Part shown: positions 58,670 through 64,000 of the stretch, piece by piece
Numbering within the stretch: the stretch's first letter is position 1
Layout of the letters: each line of letters begins with the position of its first letter
Assembly (NCBI GenBank): GCA_044440125.1
Contig: JBITAJ010000018.1
Coordinates: 1 to 64,000, forward strand
DNA: 64,000 nt
Reading direction: 5' to 3'
DNA from: Sedimentisphaeraceae bacterium JB056
GTDB lineage: Bacteria; Planctomycetota; Phycisphaerae; Sedimentisphaerales; Sedimentisphaeraceae
The notes under the pieces: generated by a model
The model's input: only the letters and a program-made list of their open reading frames with translations
Told to the model about the DNA's origin: nothing
Databases searched by the model: none
Translations under genes and position numbers: made by a program

Positions 58670-60457
58670 ATGGAAACAGTTCAATTCAGTTACAGCTTCA
58701 ATCTTGCCGATTATATTGTAATCATAGGTTACCTTGTTATGTTAATCAGTGTAGGCTTTTTGATGAAAAAGCTTTGCAGCAATGTTGAGGATTATTTTAT
58801 TGGCGGCAACAGGGTTTCATGGTGGCTTGCGGGAGCGAGTTGTTTCATGATGAGCTTCAGTGCGTGGACATTTACCGGTGCCGCTGGTTTTGCATATAAA
58901 TACGGTATACTCATAATGTCATTATTCCATTTTAATGCGATAGCGTATATATTCGTAGGCTTTTTTATCGCTAAGCGATGCCGTCAAACGCGAAAAGTAA
59001 CTTATTTGCAGATTGTTTACGACCGTTTTGGCAGAGTTGCCGAGCAGTTTTTTACATGGATTCAGATTCCAATGATGCTTTTTGGCGGAGCAATCTGGCT
59101 TACAGGTTTGGCGACGTTTATTTCTGTGGCATTTGGTTTCCCAATGGATTACACTATTGTCATAAGCGGTATAATAATCTTGATATATTCAACTCTTGGC
59201 GGATCATGGGGTGTGATGACGACAGACTTTCTCCAGTCGCTTATTTTAATGGCTCTTACTATAGTCATTGCCGCTTTGACTGTGATTAAGGCTGATGGAC
59301 TTAGCTCGTTGATCGCAAATATTGAGCCTTCAAAGTTGAACTTTATAAATCCTGAGCATCCAAGAAGCTGGATATTTGCATATTTCCTGCAAACATTTAT
59401 CCTGTTTTCGTCGATTAACGGTGCTCAGCGTTTTCTTGCCGTAAGAGACGGTAAGAGTGCGGGTAAAGCAGCATTTTTTGCCGCAGCATTGTTTATTGTT
59501 GGACCGCTTATCTGGTTTATTCCTCCTATAGCGGCTTCGCATTATTTCCCTGATATTGCTGCAGTTCTTCCTTCGCTCAGTCATCCTCAGGATGCGGCCT
59601 ACGTTCTGATGGGGCTTAAAGTTCTTCCCCATGGGCTGGCAGGATTGCTTATTATGGTGATATTTGCCGCCACTCTCTCAAGTATGGATACCGCAGTTAA
59701 CCAGAATGCGGCTATCGTGTGTATGAATATTTATAAACCGTTGATACGTCCTAAAGCAACTGAAAGAGAGATGTTTATTGTTGCTCATATAGTGAATGTA
59801 TTTCTGGGAATACTGGTCATTAGCGGTGCGTTTGTTTTCTCACGTCAGACAGAGCTTGCGCTCTTTGATCTGATGCTTCTGCTCTCATCAAGCATTGCGA
59901 TGCCGATAGCATTCCCGTTCTTACTCGTATATTGGGTTAAGAAGACACCTCCTTGGTCTGCTGTTGCATCAGTACTTGCAAGCAGTATTTTCAGTGCGTT
60001 GTCAAAGACTTTCGGTTTTCTCAAGGTCCCGCATGAATGGGCAACAGATGTTCTTAATTCAACTGGTTTGTTTTCGCTTGACCCTTCCAGCGAATGGCCT
60101 CTTATGTTTAATATTGGCGGAATAATAATAATTGGCGGGACTATTTTCCTCCTTTCATCATTGTTCTGGTCTGGTACTGATGATTTGGTGAAAAAGCGTA
60201 TCGCAGAGCTTTATAGGCGGATGAATACGCCTGTAGATTATGAAACAGAAAATGTTGGATCCGAAGACAATAGACAGTTTTTTATTGTTGGTATTCTTGC
60301 GATGATTGTCGGTTTTGGGTTGATGATTATAACACTGTGTCCCAATACAATGGTAGACAGGGTTGCTATTTTGATTACAGGTTTGATAGTTGCAGTGGTA
60401 GGCTACATGCTTTATATTTGTGGTCGCCGTTATGTTAAACAGTTAGAAACGAAGTAA
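58670..60457 (+). CDS. Sodium:solute symporter (SSS) family transporter
   Basis: DYF.GG....WWL.G.S, SAWTF.G.AG..Y..G, GG...V..TD..Q, QR......K.A, AAT.SS.D. Confidence 0.93.
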   Translation: METVQFSYSFNLADYIVIIGYLVMLISVGFLMKKLCSNVEDYFIGGNRVSWWLAGASCFMMSFSAWTFTGAAGFAYKYGILIMSLFHFNAIAYIFVGFFIAKRCRQTRKVTYLQIVYDRFGRVAEQFFTWIQIPMMLFGGAIWLTGLATFISVAFGFPMDYTIVISGIIILIYSTLGGSWGVMTTDFLQSLILMALTIVIAALTVIKADGLSSLIANIEPSKLNFINPEHPRSWIFAYFLQTFILFSSINGAQRFLAVRDGKSAGKAAFFAAALFIVGPLIWFIPPIAASHYFPDIAAVLPSLSHPQDAAYVLMGLKVLPHGLAGLLIMVIFAATLSSMDTAVNQNAAIVCMNIYKPLIRPKATEREMFIVAHIVNVFLGILVISGAFVFSRQTELALFDLMLLLSSSIAMPIAFPFLLVYWVKKTPPWSAVASVLASSIFSALSKTFGFLKVPHEWATDVLNSTGLFSLDPSSEWPLMFNIGGIIIIGGTIFLLSSLFWSGTDDLVKKRIAELYRRMNTPVDYETENVGSEDNRQFFIVGILAMIVGFGLMIITLCPNTMVDRVAILITGLIVAVVGYMLYICGRRYVKQLETK

Positions 60458-60463
60458 CGCAAT

Positions 60464-60488
60464 CAGAGCCGCGACCGTAAGGGAGCGG
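60464..60488 (+). repeat. REP-like element, copy 3
   Basis: CAGAGCCGCGACCGTAAGGGAGCGG, 22/25 identical to copy 2. Confidence 0.8.
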
Positions 60489-60603
60489 ATAAGGCGTGTG
60501 GTTTTAGAATATAGAAGTAAGTAGTGAGTAGACTTATTACTTCATTGGTTTGTGAGTAAAACCTACGCCAGAGAAATATTAAAACAATTTGCACGGAGAG
60601 TAT

Positions 60604-63600
60604 ATGTTAAGATTTTTAGGTAAAATCACGATAATTATAACACTTTTAAGCGGTGTTGTGTTTGCGGACAATAAAGATGATGCTGCTCAAAGCCTTATAG
60701 TCCAGAATACGCTTAAAATAGATAAACCTTATAAGCTTGTAAAAACCATTGATTTGAACAAGATAAGTGCTATTGTTATTCCTGAAGGCAACGCGTATCA
60801 GGATTTTGCCGAAAAAATTAAAAGTTCTCTTTTGAAGAAGAATATTACGAATGTTAAAATTGTTAGTGATGAGCTTTATAAGCAACAGAGCGGTAACCTT
60901 ATTGTTGTAGGTGATACGGGCAGTAACGTTATGATAGATCGCCTGTACTGGAATTGGTATACTCGAATGGCTCCGGGTGTATTGAGTAATTATTATGCGA
61001 TTCAAACTATATACAGTCCTATAGGTGTATATTCGCAGGGTGATATGGTTGTTATAGGTATTACAAACCCGGCATCATTTAACAATGCTTTCAATAGTTT
61101 CTGTGAACTTATTGATTCTTCCGACAATAACAGACTTTCGCCTTTTTATCAGATATATGGCGGGGCGGTTCAGGAATATCGCCAGTCATACTTTGATGCA
61201 GCCTCAAAGGAGGGCGGGCTTAACGGTTTTATGACTCTGCTCGATTATTATATGAGAAATAATGACAAGCAGTATCTTGACAGGGCCGTTGAAGTGCTTC
61301 TTGAAAAAGCACAGGAGAATAACGAAGATCCTCTTATGTTGAAAGTCAGTTGGGCGGATGAACGTAACTTCTATAAAGCAGTGCAGTATTGGGATGCTTT
61401 CTGTCGCTTTTATGACCTGAGTGACAAGCAGCGTCTTGATATTGACCGAATGCTTATAAGTTCGGTTGATGTTCTGCTGAAAAGGTGTAGTGGTTATCAT
61501 GCCATAGATGAAGATTATATCACGACATGGAATCATACTAACATACCTCTTCTTGGTATTCATACGATCAGTCGATATCTTAAGCAAAGATACGAAATGA
61601 ATAATCCTCTCATTGAAGAGTTCGATACAAAGGCTGTTCAGTGTTTTGAGGCTACGATTGATAACTATAGACCAATGGAAGAGAGTATTGGATATACGCT
61701 TCTTGCGGGTGAATACAATTTCTATTACTATCTTATGGAAAATAAGATGGAATTTGTAGAAAACGGCGGAGCGCAGAGATTTGCGGATATGGTAATGTTA
61801 AATACCGACAATAACGGATATTTCGCCGGACAGGGTGATGTTGCACAGATGTATCCGATAGCAGGTCATAATCGTGGATTCAGTCTGTTATTCAGACTTA
61901 CCCGTGATGGTATATTCAGGTGTATGGCTGATCGTGATCAATCTCATTGGTTTAAAAAATATACGCTCTTTGATGTTGATACTCCGGCGGTTACTCCTGA
62001 AAAGTATGTTGGAGTAAAGCATATACCTATTGATAAGGGAATGTATGAATTGTTGTATAATTATACATTTGAATATGAGCCTATTTCTCCACCGAACTTT
62101 CCGCGTGAGATGACGTTCGATAAGCTGCAGTTCCGTTCTTCAGCTGAACCGGAAGGAGAATATATGCTTGTTGACGGTCTTGGCAGGGGTAAGCATCAGC
62201 ATTATGATACCAATGCGATTGTTGCTTATGTTGCCGGAGGTTACAAGTTCCTTTTTGATTCGGATTATCTCTGCAAGAAGACTTCTGATCATTCAATACT
62301 TAATGTGTGCAGAAACGGCAGGAGTGATGAACAAATCGCATCATGTGCCGGTTTGATGCATTGCAGTGAATTTGAAGAAGACGCCTTTACAGCATCAACT
62401 ATTACCGATTACAAGGGTGTTGACTGGACTCGAAATATTTACTGGGAAAAGGAAAAATACTTTGCTGTGCTTGACACGGTTAGAGTCAAAGAGACTGCTG
62501 AATATGTACTTGACTGTACCTGGAAAATACTTGACAGAGATATGGAAGAGTATGATGGTAAGACATTGGTATGTAAGGCGCCAAGCACCAGTGAGAATAA
62601 GCTTTCAAGTGGAGAGAAAATTGATACTCTTCGTAATTTCCCAGGGCAGACTTTTTATCTCAGAAGCACAACGGATAACGGTTGGTGGGATCATCGTGTC
62701 AGCTCAAGAGAAGTGCCGAGCCATAGAATACATCAGAGCGTAAAGTCTGATCTGAAAAGCGGCGATTATATGTCGTTCCAGAATGTTTTCTATGTCAAAC
62801 GTGATAGTGATTATGTGCCAGTTAAGATAAATGAAAAAGCTATGCTTGTTGATGGCAGTGACTGGAAGCTCATTGTTGTTGATGATGCGATATCTGATCA
62901 AATCTCTCTTCGCGGTAAGTTTGTTGCGGTAAACAATGATTCGATTACCGCCGTAAAAGTAGAGTCTTTCAGTTATGCCGGAGACGAATTATTCAGAAGC
63001 TCAGCGGCTGTTGATATATCACTCAACGGTACAAAGCTTTTCATTGATGCTGAGTGTGATGGACAACTTAAACTTGCTGGTATTGAAAAGACCTTTGAGT
63101 TTAAGAGGGGTACCAACGAATATACTGTAAGCGGAGTTGATTTCAGTATAAATAAATCTTCTCTTGTCAAGCTTTCGCAAAGTTCTGATGATAGCAAGCA
63201 GGGTGATATATTTGATAGTGTCAGAAAGCTGTCAGTCGAAGGGAAAGGCAAAGCAACCGGCTTTGAATACAATAGCTTCACTGATATGTTTGCATATGAT
63301 ATTAATCGTGACGGCAGCAATGAGATTATCGTAACTTCAAGAACAGGTGATGCTTCTGTGTATGATGAAGGCGGCAAACTGCTCTGGAAAGCGAAAAACG
63401 ATAGCGGCTTTTATTCCGCGACAGCCGGAGACATTGATAAAGATGGCAAATTTGAGGTGCTTCTTGGTACAGGTTCACATAGCGTGATTGTATTTGATGC
63501 TGATGGTAATGAGCTTAGACGTGTTGCTGTCCCTATTGAGTCTTCAGGGCGTTACGGTGTGAGAAAAAGCGATCCGCAATGGATAACCGTTCTCAAAATA

Positions 63601-64000
63601 TTTGATATAGACTTAGATGGCGATATGGAGCTTGTGCTTGGCACGAGAACATGGCAGGTTCAGATATTCGACCATGATTTCCAGCAGCAATGGTATTTCA
63701 GTTACAATTATCATGGTGTTCAGGAGATTAGTTTTGAGGATATGGATAATGATGGTGTGATTGACATTGTTACATCTGACAGGTACGGCACCGTTCGTGT
63801 ACTCGACTGGAAGAGCGAAGATTTTGCGACCAGTATTAAAGGTTATACTGCTACAGGCGATGTATCGCATGCTATCACAGATGCTGATAATGACGGCATA
63901 AAAGAATTTATTGATGCCTCTACTGCCGGCGTTCTTACTTCTTTTGAAAGACCGGATAATTTGAAGATAATCATAAAAGATTCATGGGATCCTTATTATG
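60604..64000 (+). CDS. Large secreted heparinase II/III-like lyase with C-terminal FG-GAP/VCBS repeats, 3'-truncated (absent from ORF track)
   Basis: GGAG RBS; ATG 60604 gives MLRFLGKITIIITLLSGVVFA signal. Frame 1 reads open toward the window end. WNH (~61528), EESIGY, FRSS...GKHQHYDTNAI (~62190), DSDY...H; repeats DINRDG.NEI, DIDKDGKFEV, DIDLDGDMEL, DMDNDGVID, DADNDGIKE. Confidence 0.8.
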   Translation, partial: MLRFLGKITIIITLLSGVVFADNKDDAAQSLIVQNTLKIDKPYKLVKTIDLNKISAIVIPEGNAYQDFAEKIKSSLLKKNITNVKIVSDELYKQQSGNLIVVGDTGSNVMIDRLYWNWYTRMAPGVLSNYYAIQTIYSPIGVYSQGDMVVIGITNPASFNNAFNSFCELIDSSDNNRLSPFYQIYGGAVQEYRQSYFDAASKEGGLNGFMTLLDYYMRNNDKQYLDRAVEVLLEKAQENNEDPLMLKVSWADERNFYKAVQYWDAFCRFYDLSDKQRLDIDRMLISSVDVLLKRCSGYHAIDEDYITTWNHTNIPLLGIHTISRYLKQRYEMNNPLIEEFDTKAVQCFEATIDNYRPMEESIGYTLLAGEYNFYYYLMENKMEFVENGGAQRFADMVMLNTDNNGYFAGQGDVAQMYPIAGHNRGFSLLFRLTRDGIFRCMADRDQSHWFKKYTLFDVDTPAVTPEKYVGVKHIPIDKGMYELLYNYTFEYEPISPPNFPREMTFDKLQFRSSAEPEGEYMLVDGLGRGKHQHYDTNAIVAYVAGGYKFLFDSDYLCKKTSDHSILNVCRNGRSDEQIASCAGLMHCSEFEEDAFTASTITDYKGVDWTRNIYWEKEKYFAVLDTVRVKETAEYVLDCTWKILDRDMEEYDGKTLVCKAPSTSENKLSSGEKIDTLRNFPGQTFYLRSTTDNGWWDHRVSSREVPSHRIHQSVKSDLKSGDYMSFQNVFYVKRDSDYVPVKINEKAMLVDGSDWKLIVVDDAISDQISLRGKFVAVNNDSITAVKVESFSYAGDELFRSSAAVDISLNGTKLFIDAECDGQLKLAGIEKTFEFKRGTNEYTVSGVDFSINKSSLVKLSQSSDDSKQGDIFDSVRKLSVEGKGKATGFEYNSFTDMFAYDINRDGSNEIIVTSRTGDASVYDEGGKLLWKAKNDSGFYSATAGDIDKDGKFEVLLGTGSHSVIVFDADGNELRRVAVPIESSGRYGVRKSDPQWITVLKIFDIDLDGDMELVLGTRTWQVQIFDHDFQQQWYFSYNYHGVQEISFEDMDNDGVIDIVTSDRYGTVRVLDWKSEDFATSIKGYTATGDVSHAITDADNDGIKEFIDASTAGVLTSFERPDNLKIIIKDSWDPYY

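Noticed and set aside
36412..60488. 28-bp repeats as CRISPR repeats
   Set aside because: Copies are kilobases apart, in mixed orientation, with no spacer array or cas genes.
60646..63870. Short ORFs listed in the last 3.4 kb suggesting a pseudogene or non-coding region
   Set aside because: Explained by a single long frame-1 ORF from 60604 that runs off the window.

Overview
Gene-dense bacterial chromosomal segment. Pilin-like H-X9-DG proteins, C-terminal dockerin-like tails, sulfatases, a giant BlaR1/M56 protein and URO-D-like proteins suggest a Planctomycetota (Phycisphaerae-like) anaerobic glycan degrader; this is an inference. Layout: (1) 1-3 kb, the end of a sulfatase/lyase locus. (2) 3-33 kb, housekeeping and fermentation genes (araD, orphan methyltransferase, fbaA, pta-ackA, tRNA-Leu, aroA-aroC, folD-trpS-fhs-plsY-malic enzyme, blaI/M56, tkt), including a catalytically degenerate Pgi paralogue and a very divergent AroC. 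(3) 33-47.5 kb, a probably TetR-controlled cytoplasmic catabolic cluster (FAH-family enzyme, three Gfo/Idh/MocA oxidoreductases, 2-hydroxyacid dehydrogenase, class III aminotransferase, ArgE-like deacylase, Zn alcohol dehydrogenase, Glu dehydrogenase, epimerase, YesU-like lipoprotein, serine dehydratase). (4) 47.7-64 kb, a SusC/D-less polysaccharide-utilisation locus (GntR, LamG-dockerin proteins, pilin-like protein, deacetylase, Tat sulfatase, SSS transporter). It ends in a large heparinase II/III-like + FG-GAP ORF that runs off the window and is missing from the ORF track. The best candidate for an undescribed system is blocks 3+4 together: capture, depolymerisation and deaminative catabolism of a sulfated, N-acylated amino-sugar glycan. 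Intergenic spaces carry several REP-like families and heptamer tandem arrays. No CRISPR, rRNA, integrase or transposase was seen. All functional calls come from motif reading by eye; no database searches were run.
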